DNA from: a bacterium
GTDB taxonomy: Bacteria; Patescibacteriota; Microgenomatia; UBA8517
Length of the DNA stretch: 64,000 nucleotides
Assembly (NCBI GenBank): GCA_021824915.1
Contig: JAKAJP010000018.1
Coordinates: 596-64,595 of the forward strand
Direction of reading: 5' to 3'
A program made the position numbers and the translations under genes. This document shows, one piece after another, positions 37,066 to 47,250 of this stretch (position 1 is the stretch's first letter; every line of letters begins with the position of its first letter). The notes beneath the pieces are model-generated. The model saw only the letters and a list, made by a program, of their open reading frames with translations. It was not told where the DNA came from and made no database searches.

Positions 37066-37099
37066 AATATGAACTCTGCCCAGTTCAAAAACTACTTTT

Positions 37100-37537
37100 A
37101 TGCTTTTAGGAACATATCCTGCAAAGCTTGCTTCAGGTCACAGAATTTCTGTTCCTTTTCAGTTTCGCCAAGAACTTGGAGAAAAGATTATTTTGGCACG
37201 TTGGTATGAAGGGTGTTTGGTTTTGGTTGGGAGAGAATTTTGGAAGGCACTTTACAAAAGGTTGACGGGTGAAACTAACTTAATTGTTAATCCTGTTCGC
37301 GATACTGAAAGATTTATATTAGCTTCGGCTTATGAAGTCTTTCCCGATGAACAAGGAAGAATAGTGATCCCGGAGAGGCTGGTTGAGTACTCAGGACTTA
37401 AAGACGATGTTTATTTTATAGGTCTTGGAGAAAAAGCCGAAATTTGGGACAAAAACAGTTGGGAAGAGAAAGAAAAGGAGGTTGTCGCCAATGCCTCCGA
37501 ATATATCGAACAGCTGGCAAAGAATTTCAAAAAATGA
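37100..37537 (+). CDS. mraZ: Transcriptional regulator MraZ
   Basis: Tandem MraZ repeats 'GHRISVPFQFRQELG' and 'GRIVIPERLVEYSGL'. First gene of the dcw cluster. Confidence 0.85.
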   Translation: MLLGTYPAKLASGHRISVPFQFRQELGEKIILARWYEGCLVLVGREFWKALYKRLTGETNLIVNPVRDTERFILASAYEVFPDEQGRIVIPERLVEYSGLKDDVYFIGLGEKAEIWDKNSWEEKEKEVVANASEYIEQLAKNFKK

Positions 37538-38412
37538 ACCAACCAAAATATCACGAGTCGGTAATGGTAAGTGAGGTGGTTGAGAGTTTGCACGTTAAAA
37601 AGGCTCACAAATATATTGACGCAACGCTGGGGACGGGAGGGCACCTGCTCGAAATCGCAAATCTTGGAGGAGATGTTTTGGGAATTGATATGGATCCGGA
37701 GATGGTCAGAATTAGCGAAAGTAGGTTGGCGGGAAAAGCCAGATTAGTTCAGGGAAATTTCATAAATATTGACAAGATTGCGGAGGATCAAGGGTATGGT
37801 CGTGTTTCCGGAATACTTTTTGATTTGGGGGTAAGTAACCTACACCTTAAAGATCTTGGCCGCGGCTTTTCGTTTGAGAATCCCGATGCTAGCTTGGATA
37901 TGAGAATTAATCCTGAAACTCAGGGAATTAAAGCAAGCGATTTACTTAATGCACTTAGAGGGGATCAATTAAGAGAAATGTTTGAGACGACACTTGAACC
38001 GGGAGCGGCCAGGTGGATAACGGATAGAGTGCTAAGTTTTCGCGAGAATCAGGCTATAAAAACGGTTTCAGATTTGTTAACAATCTGCCGGGGTTTAAGG
38101 ACGGGAAAATCCGGGTTAAACGAGGCGACATTACCATTTTTAGCTATTAGAATTGCGGTCAATAGTGAGCTCGACAACATAAAGTTAGCTCTTCCAAAAG
38201 CCTATAAACTTTTGGAAAAAGGCGGAAGGTTGGTAGTTATCAGTTTTCACTCTGGGGAAGACGAAATAGTTAAGGATTTTTTTAAGGAAAAGCAAAATTC
38301 CGGTGACAAACTTATAACTTTCAAACCGGTGGTACCGGAAGAAAGTGAAAAAGAAGTAAATAAACGCGCCAGAAGCGCAAGGATGAGGATACTAGAAAAA
38401 ACAAATGATTAA
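37534..38412 (+). CDS. rsmH: 16S rRNA (cytosine1402-N4)-methyltransferase RsmH (MraW)
   Basis: 'YHESVMVSEVVESL...YIDATLGTGGHLLEI' and 'ISFHSGEDEIVK' RsmH motifs. The start is probably the ATG at 37534. Confidence 0.85.
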   Translation: MNQPKYHESVMVSEVVESLHVKKAHKYIDATLGTGGHLLEIANLGGDVLGIDMDPEMVRISESRLAGKARLVQGNFINIDKIAEDQGYGRVSGILFDLGVSNLHLKDLGRGFSFENPDASLDMRINPETQGIKASDLLNALRGDQLREMFETTLEPGAARWITDRVLSFRENQAIKTVSDLLTICRGLRTGKSGLNEATLPFLAIRIAVNSELDNIKLALPKAYKLLEKGGRLVVISFHSGEDEIVKDFFKEKQNSGDKLITFKPVVPEESEKEVNKRARSARMRILEKTND

Positions 38413-38677
38413 AAAATATTTATTTATCAGTTTAATAGTTGTTTTTGCAGTCACCTCGGTTTTTTATACAATCGAGGCGGTGACTAGTGGGGCCGAGGTG
38501 GCCAGTCTTGAAAAAACCAGTGAAAATCTTTCAAAAGAAAATGTTGGACTTGAGGATGCGTTTGTAAAAACATTATCTCTTACAAGTCTTCAGGAAAAAA
38601 GCGCCGAACTTGGATTTATAAAGCCAGTGGATATTGTTTATGTGTCGGAGACCGGACCTGTCACTGCACTAAGATGA
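38405..38677 (+). CDS. ftsL: FtsL-like cell-division protein (small bitopic)
   Basis: 90 aa with an N-terminal TM and a coiled-coil-like region. Sits between rsmH and ftsI. Confidence 0.45.
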   Translation: MIKKYLFISLIVVFAVTSVFYTIEAVTSGAEVASLEKTSENLSKENVGLEDAFVKTLSLTSLQEKSAELGFIKPVDIVYVSETGPVTALR

Positions 38678-38684
38678 CCGCAAA

Positions 38685-40391
38685 ATGCGAGCTCGAATTT
38701 ATCTACTAACCTTTGCGTTTATAATAGTCTTTGCGGTTCTAATTTTGAGACTTTTTTACTGGCAGATTGTAAAAGGGTCGGACCTGTCCCGTGCGGCGGG
38801 GAATCAGTATAAAGTCTCCGAAGTTACAAGTGCACCCAGAGGTAATATTTTAGCATCGGATGGCAGTTTTTGGGCACTCCGCGCTGATGCCTGGCTCGTC
38901 TTTGCCAATCCAAGTCAGATTACTGACCCCCGTGGGACTTCCGAGAAACTTGCCCCTTATTTTGTTGATGATGTGAAGGATCAGACAACGCTCCTTGATG
39001 AGATAGATAGACTAACGGGCCTTCTTTCTAAAAAAGACGCTTTCTGGGTTTCGTTAAAAGAAAGAGTTAGCCCCGATGTTAAAGGTGAAATAGAGAAGAT
39101 GAATATAAGAGGGATTGGTTTTCAAAATCAGGAGGCGAGATATTATCCGGAGGCTTCAAGTGCCGCCCAACTTTTGGGTTTTGTCGGAAAGGATAATAAT
39201 GGCGGAGATTTGGGCTATTTTGGCCTTGAGGGGTATTATAATCTTGCGCTTTCCGGTAAGTCAGGGTTTATTGGTGGAGAGAGAGACGCAAAAGGAGCAC
39301 CAATCCTGCTTGGAACGACTCAGCAAGTTGCGGCTATTGCGGGTGTGGATCTAATGACAAGTATAGACAAAAGGGTTCAGCTAATTTTGGAGACCAAATT
39401 GAGGGAAGGAATTGAAAAGTATGGGGCGAAGGGTGGATCGGTGGTGGTAATGAACCCGACTAGCGGGGATATCTTGGGAATGGCAAGTTACCCATCGTTT
39501 GACCCGGCAAAATATTGGCAGTATTCTGACTCCCTTTTTAAGAACCCGATAATCTCTGATGCCTATGAGCCGGGTTCAATATTTAAGCCAATTGTGATGG
39601 CGGCTGGCATTGACGCCGGGAAAATTAAGCCGGACACAAAGTGCGATATTTGTGGCGGTCCGTTAAAGGTGGATAAATATTATATTGAAACTTGGGACAA
39701 TAAATATCGTGACAACGAAACAATGACGGATGTTATTGTTAATTCGGATAATGTTGGTATGAGTTTTGTGGGACAAAAATTGGGGGTGGACGCTCTCTAC
39801 GATTATTTGGAAAAGTTTGGAATAGGAAAATCTTCCGGAATAGATTTACAAGGCGAAGCTGTGCCTAAGCTTAGGCAGAGAGGAACATGGAATATAGTGG
39901 ACCAGGCGACGGCAACTTTTGGACAGGGTGTGGCGGTTACTTCTATTCAGATGGTCAGGGCAATATCTACTATTGCTAATGGCGGTTATTTGGTTACTCC
40001 TCACGTTGTCACGAGTGTCCAGGGAGATGGTTGGCGCGAGGACGTTGGAAATGTTTCTAAAGTCAGAATAATCAGTAAAGATGCGGCGGGCGACGTGGCT
40101 CTCATGATGGCTACTGCAGCTCAAGACGGAGAGAGTAAATGGGCTTATATACCCGGCTTTAGGATTGCGGGAAAGACAGGAACTGCCCAGATTCCAATTT
40201 CTGGTCACTATGATGATAAAAATACAATTGCGTCGTTTGTAGGCTTTGCCCCCTATGATAGTCCGAAGTTTGTAATGCTGGTCACGCTTCAAAAGCCACA
40301 GACCAGTGAGTGGGCTTCGGAGACAGCAGCTCCACTCTGGTATTCGATTGCGGGTGAGCTATTGACTTATTTGGGTGTTCAACCTAGATAA
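38685..40391 (+). CDS. ftsI: Peptidoglycan D,D-transpeptidase, class B PBP (FtsI/PBP3-like)
   Basis: N-terminal TM and dimerisation domain. Transpeptidase motifs are SxxK-like 'SIFKP', SxN 'SDN' and KTG 'KTGTAQ'. Confidence 0.85.
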   Translation: MRARIYLLTFAFIIVFAVLILRLFYWQIVKGSDLSRAAGNQYKVSEVTSAPRGNILASDGSFWALRADAWLVFANPSQITDPRGTSEKLAPYFVDDVKDQTTLLDEIDRLTGLLSKKDAFWVSLKERVSPDVKGEIEKMNIRGIGFQNQEARYYPEASSAAQLLGFVGKDNNGGDLGYFGLEGYYNLALSGKSGFIGGERDAKGAPILLGTTQQVAAIAGVDLMTSIDKRVQLILETKLREGIEKYGAKGGSVVVMNPTSGDILGMASYPSFDPAKYWQYSDSLFKNPIISDAYEPGSIFKPIVMAAGIDAGKIKPDTKCDICGGPLKVDKYYIETWDNKYRDNETMTDVIVNSDNVGMSFVGQKLGVDALYDYLEKFGIGKSSGIDLQGEAVPKLRQRGTWNIVDQATATFGQGVAVTSIQMVRAISTIANGGYLVTPHVVTSVQGDGWREDVGNVSKVRIISKDAAGDVALMMATAAQDGESKWAYIPGFRIAGKTGTAQIPISGHYDDKNTIASFVGFAPYDSPKFVMLVTLQKPQTSEWASETAAPLWYSIAGELLTYLGVQPR

Positions 40392-40411
40392 TGCTACAAT
40401 ATGGGGCGCCA

Positions 40412-41677
40412 ATGTCGAAATTCATCGTAACCGGCGGAAGAAGACTTGAGGGAAGCATAACTATTAATGGAAATAAAAACTCCGCCCTTAAGCTTATTCC
40501 GGCTGCGCTCATTGCCGATTCTCCGTCAACTTTTACAAATGTGCCTGATATATCCGACGTAAGGGTAATGCTTGAAATTATTGAAAGTCTGGGGGCTAAG
40601 GTCAAAAAGGACGGGCATGAGATCACGATTGACCCGTCCGGTCTAAAGTCTTTTGATCTTGATCCTGATTTGTCCTCAAAATTCAGAGCTTCGGTTGTTC
40701 TTGCGGCTCCTCTATTGGTCAGATTTGGCAAAGCCATAGTTACTCCTCCGGGAGGAGATCAGATAGGTGACCGACTGCTTGATACTCACTTTAGCCTAAT
40801 GCAGAAAATGGGTGTTACTATTGAGCGCAAGGACGGCAGGTTTTATCTCGACTGGGAAAAGAGGAAGGCTGCAAAAATATTTTTGGAGGAAGCGAGTGTT
40901 ACCGCAACGGAAATGGGTTTAATTATGGCTTCTTCTATGAATACCGAAACCGAGCTAACCGATGTGGCTGCTGAACCGCACGTAAGTGACTTGGCAGAGT
41001 ATTTAGTCGCAACCGGGGCAAAGATTTCCGGAATAGGCACTAATAGTTTAGCTATAAGTGGAGGTAAGTTGCATGGTGCGTCTCATAAAGTTTGTCCCGA
41101 TCATATTGAAGGAGGAACTTTTGCGATAGCGGCTGCTTTGACAGGTGGAAAAATTGAAATTAATGATTTTGCACCGGATAAGTATCCTATGATTTTTAAT
41201 TATTTATCCTACATGGGAGTTACCTTCAAGGTCTCAAAAAATTCGGTGACGGTTTTGCCTTCAAAGTTGGTAGCCGAGAGGCGCAAGTTTCAAACCCGTC
41301 CATGGCCGGGTTTTCCGACGGATTTAATGAGTCCTTTTATTGTTCTGGCAACACAAACTAAGGGGACGGTGCTTTGTCATGACTGGATGTATGAGTGGCG
41401 GATGTTTTTTGTTGACGATCTTATCTCGATGGGTGCAAATATCTTCATTGCCGACCCGCATAGAGTGATCGTGAGCGGCCCGACTCCTCTAATGAGCGAT
41501 AGACTTTTTTGTAAGGATATAAGAGCCGGGATCTCCGTTATTTTGGCAGCGCTAGCAGCAAACGGCAGGAGTGAAATAGAAAACATTGAGGTTGTTGAAC
41601 GCGGCTACGAAGATGTTGAGGCCCGCTTCGCCTCGCTAGGAGCCCAAATTATCAAGGTCAATGGTGAAAAAAGTTAG
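40412..41677 (+). CDS. murA: UDP-N-acetylglucosamine 1-carboxyvinyltransferase
   Basis: 'MSKFIVTGGRRLEGSITINGNKNSALKLIPAALIA' is the canonical MurA N-terminus. Two-domain EPT fold length. Confidence 0.85.
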   Translation: MSKFIVTGGRRLEGSITINGNKNSALKLIPAALIADSPSTFTNVPDISDVRVMLEIIESLGAKVKKDGHEITIDPSGLKSFDLDPDLSSKFRASVVLAAPLLVRFGKAIVTPPGGDQIGDRLLDTHFSLMQKMGVTIERKDGRFYLDWEKRKAAKIFLEEASVTATEMGLIMASSMNTETELTDVAAEPHVSDLAEYLVATGAKISGIGTNSLAISGGKLHGASHKVCPDHIEGGTFAIAAALTGGKIEINDFAPDKYPMIFNYLSYMGVTFKVSKNSVTVLPSKLVAERRKFQTRPWPGFPTDLMSPFIVLATQTKGTVLCHDWMYEWRMFFVDDLISMGANIFIADPHRVIVSGPTPLMSDRLFCKDIRAGISVILAALAANGRSEIENIEVVERGYEDVEARFASLGAQIIKVNGEKS

Positions 41678-43688
41678 AGGAGTTACTTCCGATTCCAGAT
41701 TAGTTAAAGAAGGTTTTATGTTTGTGGCGATTAAAGGTCTAACTGAAGATGGCCACGACTTTATTCCGGATGCAATTAAAAACGGCGCCATAGTGATTGT
41801 GGGAGAAAAAGATCTCAAAGTTCCTTCCGGGATTAAATATGTTAAGGTTGCCGATAGCCGTGATGCCATTGGGAAATATGCCTCGGAATTTTACGGAGAT
41901 CCTTCAAACAAACTTAAAGTTATTGGGGTGACAGGCACCAAAGGTAAGACAACTACGGTTCATATTATTTACCATATTTTATCATCTTTAGGTAAGAAGG
42001 TTGGAATGGTGAGTTCGATTGCAGCAAAAGTTGGAAATAAAGAATTTGATACCGGCTTCCATGTAACAAGTCCTGACTGCCTAACACTCCAAAAGTTGTT
42101 AGCGGATATGGTTAAGGCGGGTTGCGAATATGCAGTGATCGAAGTAAGCTCTCATGGCATTAAGCAAAAAAGGATAGCCGGTGTTAATTTTGATACCGCT
42201 GTTTTAACCAATATTGCTCCCGAACATCTTGATTACCACAAAACTTTCGAGGAATATAAAAAAGTCAAAATGTCGTTTATCAATTCGGCAAAAAATAAAG
42301 TTATTTGCCCCCCAAAAACCGATATAAACATTTTGCCGGGGCTTTTTAACAACCTGAACGCTGAAGCAGCAATTCGCGCCTTATCTTTTTATGGCATTGA
42401 TAAAAATGAGGCAGTTTCAACTCTTGACTCTTTTAGGCTTCCGGCCGGGCGTTTGGAAGAGACTGAAAATGAAGGAGTAAAAATTTTTATTGATTTTGCG
42501 CATACGCCGAATTCACTTGAAGCGGCTCTAACTTACTTAAGAACAAAAACAAAGAGAAAACTAATTTCGGTTTTTGGTTGTGCCGGAGAAAGAGATAAGC
42601 GGAAAAGATTTCAAATGGGGAAAATTTCTGTCAGTTTGGCGGATTTTTCGGTCTTCACGGCTGAGGATCCGAGACGTGAGGATTTGGGCGTAATTTTAGG
42701 CAGAGTTTCTAAAGGAGCTAAGAGTGTTGGCGCGAAAGAAGGGCAGAATTTTGTCAGAATTTACGAACGCGGAGAAGCGATTGCTTACGCCCTATCAATT
42801 GCTAAAAAAGGAGACGTTATCGGAATATTCGGTAAGGGGCACGAGAAGAGCCTTGCTTATGGCTCCGAATCTTTCGGTAAAGTCTTTGAACATCCGTGGA
42901 GTGATCAGGAAGCGGTTGAGAATTACATAACTTCTGATAAAAGCATAACCGCAATTGTTTTGGCTGCAGGTAAGGGAACCAGGATGCACTCTAGCCTTCC
43001 TAAAGTTCTCCATGAAATTTGCGGCAGGCCGATGATTTCCTACACCTTGCAAAATTTGAGAAGGTCGGGCGTTAGCGAAATCATTACGGTGGTTTCTTTT
43101 AAGAAAAATTTGGTAATCCGAAAGATTTCAGGTGCGGTTAAGATTGCCGTTCAAAAGAACCCCAAAGGAGGTACAGCCGACGCTGCAAAGGCGGGTTTTG
43201 CTTTTGTACCTGATGGCACCCGAACATTAATTGTAATAAATGGGGATGACAGCGCTTTCTATACTCCGGGGACGATCAAAAATATTTTGAAGATACATAG
43301 TCAGCGCGAGCGAAAATTAACTTTTGTATCACTAATGAAAGATAATCCTACCGGTTTGGGAAGAGTTATCAGAGGGGAAAGTGGATTAATAACAAAGATA
43401 GTTGAAGAAAAAGATGCAACCGCGGAAGAACGTAAGATTAAGGAAGTCAATGACGGACTTTATGTTTTTGACAAAGCTTGGTTTTCTCAAAATATAGGTA
43501 AGGTTAAGATAAGCCCGCAAGGCGAGTATTATTTGGTTGATTTGATTAAAATAGCAATTGACCAGGGAGACAGGATGGCGACATATACGTTACCCAATGA
43601 TGATGAATGGCAAGGGATTAATACTTCTGAGGAGCTGGAAAAGGCAAGGTCTAAGATGGTAAAAAGGATTGAGGCTCTGAATGAATAA
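41661..43688 (+). CDS. murE: Fusion protein: Mur ligase MurE (UDP-MurNAc-L-Ala-D-Glu:diamino acid ligase) plus a C-terminal GlmU-like sugar-1-phosphate nucleotidyltransferase domain with no acetyltransferase LbH domain
   Basis: The N-terminal ~420 aa carry Mur-ligase motifs ('GVTGTKGKTTTVHII', 'DFAHTPNSLEAAL'). From ~aa 425, 'ITAIVLAAGKGTRMHSSLPKVLHEICGRPMISYTLQNL' is the GlmU/RmlA-type nucleotidyltransferase signature. It is one continuous ORF. Confidence 0.75.
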   Translation: MVKKVRGVTSDSRLVKEGFMFVAIKGLTEDGHDFIPDAIKNGAIVIVGEKDLKVPSGIKYVKVADSRDAIGKYASEFYGDPSNKLKVIGVTGTKGKTTTVHIIYHILSSLGKKVGMVSSIAAKVGNKEFDTGFHVTSPDCLTLQKLLADMVKAGCEYAVIEVSSHGIKQKRIAGVNFDTAVLTNIAPEHLDYHKTFEEYKKVKMSFINSAKNKVICPPKTDINILPGLFNNLNAEAAIRALSFYGIDKNEAVSTLDSFRLPAGRLEETENEGVKIFIDFAHTPNSLEAALTYLRTKTKRKLISVFGCAGERDKRKRFQMGKISVSLADFSVFTAEDPRREDLGVILGRVSKGAKSVGAKEGQNFVRIYERGEAIAYALSIAKKGDVIGIFGKGHEKSLAYGSESFGKVFEHPWSDQEAVENYITSDKSITAIVLAAGKGTRMHSSLPKVLHEICGRPMISYTLQNLRRSGVSEIITVVSFKKNLVIRKISGAVKIAVQKNPKGGTADAAKAGFAFVPDGTRTLIVINGDDSAFYTPGTIKNILKIHSQRERKLTFVSLMKDNPTGLGRVIRGESGLITKIVEEKDATAEERKIKEVNDGLYVFDKAWFSQNIGKVKISPQGEYYLVDLIKIAIDQGDRMATYTLPNDDEWQGINTSEELEKARSKMVKRIEALNE

Positions 43689-44958
43689 GCACATACATTT
43701 CATTGGCATCTTGGGTAGTGGAATTTCGGGGGTTGCAAATTTGGCATCAGAAGTTGGGTACAAGGTTACCGGATGTGATATGGAAGCGGCTTCAGCTTAT
43801 ACAACTACCGGAGAAAAAGTTTTTTTGGGGCATGACACAAAACATATAAAAGACGCCGATTTGGTTGTTGTATCTCCCGCGGTTCTTTATCAAAACTTCG
43901 ACAATCCGGAAATTGCTGAAGCAAGACGGCGAAAAATCTTAATCACCTGGCAGGAATTTTTAGGGAGAACACTTCTGAAACAAAAGAAAGTAATTTGCAT
44001 CGCCGGAACTCATGGCAAATCGACAACTACAGCCATGGCAGGACAACTTCTCGAAGCCCTTAAGTTTGATCCGTTAGTTGTTGTTGGGGCACTTATACCC
44101 GAGTGGAAAAGTAATGTTAGATTTGGGAAAGGTGAGTTTGCCGTTATTGAGGCGGATGAGTTTAATGATAATTTTCTGAATTATTCTCCTGAAATTGTGA
44201 TTCTTAACAATGTTGAGTTTGATCATCCTGATTATTTTAAGAATGAGCAGGAAGTTTTTGCCAGTTTCAAAAAATTTATTGAAAGTTTGTCTGGGGATGC
44301 AATTTTGATTACGAACTCAAATTCTTTTGGTATATCAAAACTTCTTGGTTTGATAGATCGGAAAATTAATGTTATCGATATCAAAGATTTGGACGTTGAT
44401 CTTAAATTAAAAATTCCGGGTAGACATAACATTGAAAACGCCAAAGGTGTTTATGCGCTCGGTTTATATTTGGGGATTAAAAGCTCGGATATTAAGCATG
44501 TTATATCTGGTTTTAGCGGAATAGGAAGAAGAATGGAGCTGATTGCGAGTAAAAAAGGAATTGAGGTTTATGATGATTATGCTCATCATCCGACTGCAAT
44601 AGCCGCAACCATTCAGGCAATTCGCGAAAGTCACCCCAAGGCGCGTATTTGGGCGATTGATGAGCCGCATGGCTTTGCCAGGACAAAGGCGCTTCTAAAC
44701 AAGTACAGAGGTGTTTTTGAAAAAGCCGATAGGGTTATAATCGGGCCGATTTTTGTTGCCCGAGATAGAGAAACATTTGGTATGTCGCCTAGAGCGGTAG
44801 CGGAGGCTTCCGGGTACCCGAAAGCCATCGGGGTTGATTCATATGATGCGATTGAAAAAATTCTTTCTAAAGAAATAAGACAGGGAGATGTGATTCTGGT
44901 TATGGGTGCGGGAAAGAGTTATCTTTGGACACGCAAAATTGCAAAATTAATTAAATGA
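43681..44958 (+). CDS. murC: UDP-N-acetylmuramate--L-alanine ligase
   Basis: 'HIHFIGILGSGISGVANLA' N-terminal MurC motif and a Mur ligase central domain 'IAGTHGKSTTTAM'. Confidence 0.85.
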   Translation: MNKHIHFIGILGSGISGVANLASEVGYKVTGCDMEAASAYTTTGEKVFLGHDTKHIKDADLVVVSPAVLYQNFDNPEIAEARRRKILITWQEFLGRTLLKQKKVICIAGTHGKSTTTAMAGQLLEALKFDPLVVVGALIPEWKSNVRFGKGEFAVIEADEFNDNFLNYSPEIVILNNVEFDHPDYFKNEQEVFASFKKFIESLSGDAILITNSNSFGISKLLGLIDRKINVIDIKDLDVDLKLKIPGRHNIENAKGVYALGLYLGIKSSDIKHVISGFSGIGRRMELIASKKGIEVYDDYAHHPTAIAATIQAIRESHPKARIWAIDEPHGFARTKALLNKYRGVFEKADRVIIGPIFVARDRETFGMSPRAVAEASGYPKAIGVDSYDAIEKILSKEIRQGDVILVMGAGKSYLWTRKIAKLIK

Positions 44959-45983
44959 GAAAGCTTAGAATTTTTGAGAACAAAAGGTTTAGTGATTTGA
45001 CTACATTTCGTATTGGCGGACGGATAAAATATTACACTGAGGTTGAGAATAAAGATCAGATTTGCGAGGCTGTCTCATTAGCCAAGAAAAAGAAACTTGA
45101 AATATTTGTATTGGGTGGTGGAAGTGACATCTTGGTCTCCGATAAAGATTTTTCCGGAATTGCAATTAAATATGTGGGGACCACTATTTCATATCTTGGA
45201 GACGGGAAGATAAAAGCGGAGGCTGGCGCGATTTGGGATGATTTGGTAAATTTTTCGGTCGAGAAAAATTTGCAGGGCCTTGAATGCATGAGCGGAATTC
45301 CGGGGACGGTCGGAGCTTCACCTATTCAAAACATTGGAGCTTACGGGCAAGAACTAAAAAATTCGTTTTTTAGTTTAATTGCGTTTGATATTAATAGTGA
45401 AAAATTTGTAGAGTTTGATAAAAGTGATTGCGAGTTTGCCTATAGGGAAAGTTTTTTCAAGAAAAAAGAGAATTGGCAGAAATATATGATTTCAGATGTA
45501 ACCTTTCAACTTAAAACCGATGCCAAGCCACAGGTAAGTTACGATTCGCTTAAAAATTATCTGAAAGAGCGGAAAATAAACGACCCGACATTGCTTGAAG
45601 TCAGAAAAGCAGTTTTAAGAATTAGAGCCGGAAAGTTTGAAAACCCGAAAGATGTGGGTAATGCAGGTTCGTTTTTTCAAAATCCCGTCGTTGACGCAAA
45701 GAAAATACAGGATTTAAGAAAGAATTATTCCGACATACCATGCTTTGATAACGGTGACGGAACGTACAAATGTTTTGCCGGTTGGTTTATAGAGAATTCC
45801 GGTTGGAAAGGAAAAGTTTATAAGGGCGCCGGCGTTTCGCCCCGTCACGCCTTAATATTAATTAATCCTGAGAGTAAGGCTAAGGCGGATGATGTCTATG
45901 AACTTTCGGAAAAAATAATAAATGATGTTGATAAAAAATTTGGGGTAAAACTAAAACGGGAGGTTCAACTTATTAATTTTTGA
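44955..45983 (+). CDS. murB: UDP-N-acetylenolpyruvoylglucosamine reductase
   Basis: FAD-binding region 'TTFRIGGRIKYY...FVLGGGSDILV' and a C-terminal MurB domain. ATGA overlap with murC. Confidence 0.8.
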   Translation: MRKLRIFENKRFSDLTTFRIGGRIKYYTEVENKDQICEAVSLAKKKKLEIFVLGGGSDILVSDKDFSGIAIKYVGTTISYLGDGKIKAEAGAIWDDLVNFSVEKNLQGLECMSGIPGTVGASPIQNIGAYGQELKNSFFSLIAFDINSEKFVEFDKSDCEFAYRESFFKKKENWQKYMISDVTFQLKTDAKPQVSYDSLKNYLKERKINDPTLLEVRKAVLRIRAGKFENPKDVGNAGSFFQNPVVDAKKIQDLRKNYSDIPCFDNGDGTYKCFAGWFIENSGWKGKVYKGAGVSPRHALILINPESKAKADDVYELSEKIINDVDKKFGVKLKREVQLINF

Positions 45984-45993
45984 TACGAAAGTT

Positions 45994-47250
45994 ATGAATA
46001 TGAATTATCGGGGTAAAAAAATTGCAATATTAGGTTATGGGCTTGAGGGGGTTGATGCGGAAAAATTTTTGAAAAGCGAAGGGGCAGATATCACTGTTTT
46101 GGATCAAAAGTTTGATGGAAAATATTTAGAAAACTTAAGTAGTTTTGATTTTATTGTCCGTTCCCCCGGGGTTTACAGGTTTTTGCCGGAGATTGTTCGG
46201 GCAGAAAAAGCCGGAGTTAAAATAACAAGTGCTGTAAAACTTTTCTTTGAAAGTTGTCCGGCCAGGATTATTGGCGTAACCGGGACAAAGGGTAAAGGAA
46301 CGACTTCAACATTAATATATGAGATATTGAAAGCTGATGGACGCGAGGTTTACCTTGTAGGCAATATTGGTAAACCTTACTTGGAGCTTTTGCCAAAACT
46401 AAACTCTAAAGCCTGGGTGGTTATGGAGATGTCTTCGTTTCAGCTAATTGATATGGATATAAGTCCAAATATTGCGGTTGTTTTGAATATAACTTTGGAC
46501 CACATGGATTGGCATAAGAGTATTGAGGAATATAGAAATGCAAAAAAGAACATTGTAACTCATCAAAAACCTTTCGATTTTGCGGTTGTTAACGAAGAGT
46601 ATGATACTCCCAAGGGTTTTGCTACAGGGCTCAAATCAAAAGTGGTATTTTTTTCAAAAAAAACATTGAAGAAAGATTTCAAAGAAGGGCTTTTATTGAG
46701 GGGACAACATAATCTTGAAAACGTAGCGGCGGCGGTATCAGTAGCGCAAATAGTTGGGGTAAATGAAAAAACTATATTGAGTACAATAAAGAACTTCAAA
46801 GGATTGGAACATAGGCTTGAACTTGTTTCCGAAGTTGATGGAAGGACATTTTACAATGACTCGTTTGCTACGGGACCGCAGCCAACTATTGCTGCAATCA
46901 GGTCTTTTGACGAACCGGAGACGCTAATACTTGGCGGAAGTGACAAAGGTCTTGATTTTGATGAGTTGGGTGAGGAAATAACAAAGAGAGTTAATGTCAA
47001 AAACATTTTGTTAATAGGCCTAATTGGTCCGAAGATCGGGGAGGCGATTAAAAGATCTGGCTTTGGGGGTAATTTAGAGTATTTAGGAAAACCTGATATG
47101 AAAGAGATTGTTAGGCGCGCTTTTGAAATTACTCCGAAGGGTGGAGTTGTAGTTCTTTCGCCAGCTGCAGCGAGTTTTGATATGTTTGAAAACTATAAAG
47201 ATCGTGGAAATCAGTTTAAGAAGGCAGTACTAGAACTTAAAAATGGCTGA
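45994..47250 (+). CDS. murD: UDP-N-acetylmuramoylalanine--D-glutamate ligase
   Basis: 'KIAILGYGLEGVDAEKFL' N-terminus and 'GVTGTKGKGTT' Mur ligase P-loop. Confidence 0.85.
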   Translation: MNMNYRGKKIAILGYGLEGVDAEKFLKSEGADITVLDQKFDGKYLENLSSFDFIVRSPGVYRFLPEIVRAEKAGVKITSAVKLFFESCPARIIGVTGTKGKGTTSTLIYEILKADGREVYLVGNIGKPYLELLPKLNSKAWVVMEMSSFQLIDMDISPNIAVVLNITLDHMDWHKSIEEYRNAKKNIVTHQKPFDFAVVNEEYDTPKGFATGLKSKVVFFSKKTLKKDFKEGLLLRGQHNLENVAAAVSVAQIVGVNEKTILSTIKNFKGLEHRLELVSEVDGRTFYNDSFATGPQPTIAAIRSFDEPETLILGGSDKGLDFDELGEEITKRVNVKNILLIGLIGPKIGEAIKRSGFGGNLEYLGKPDMKEIVRRAFEITPKGGVVVLSPAAASFDMFENYKDRGNQFKKAVLELKNG

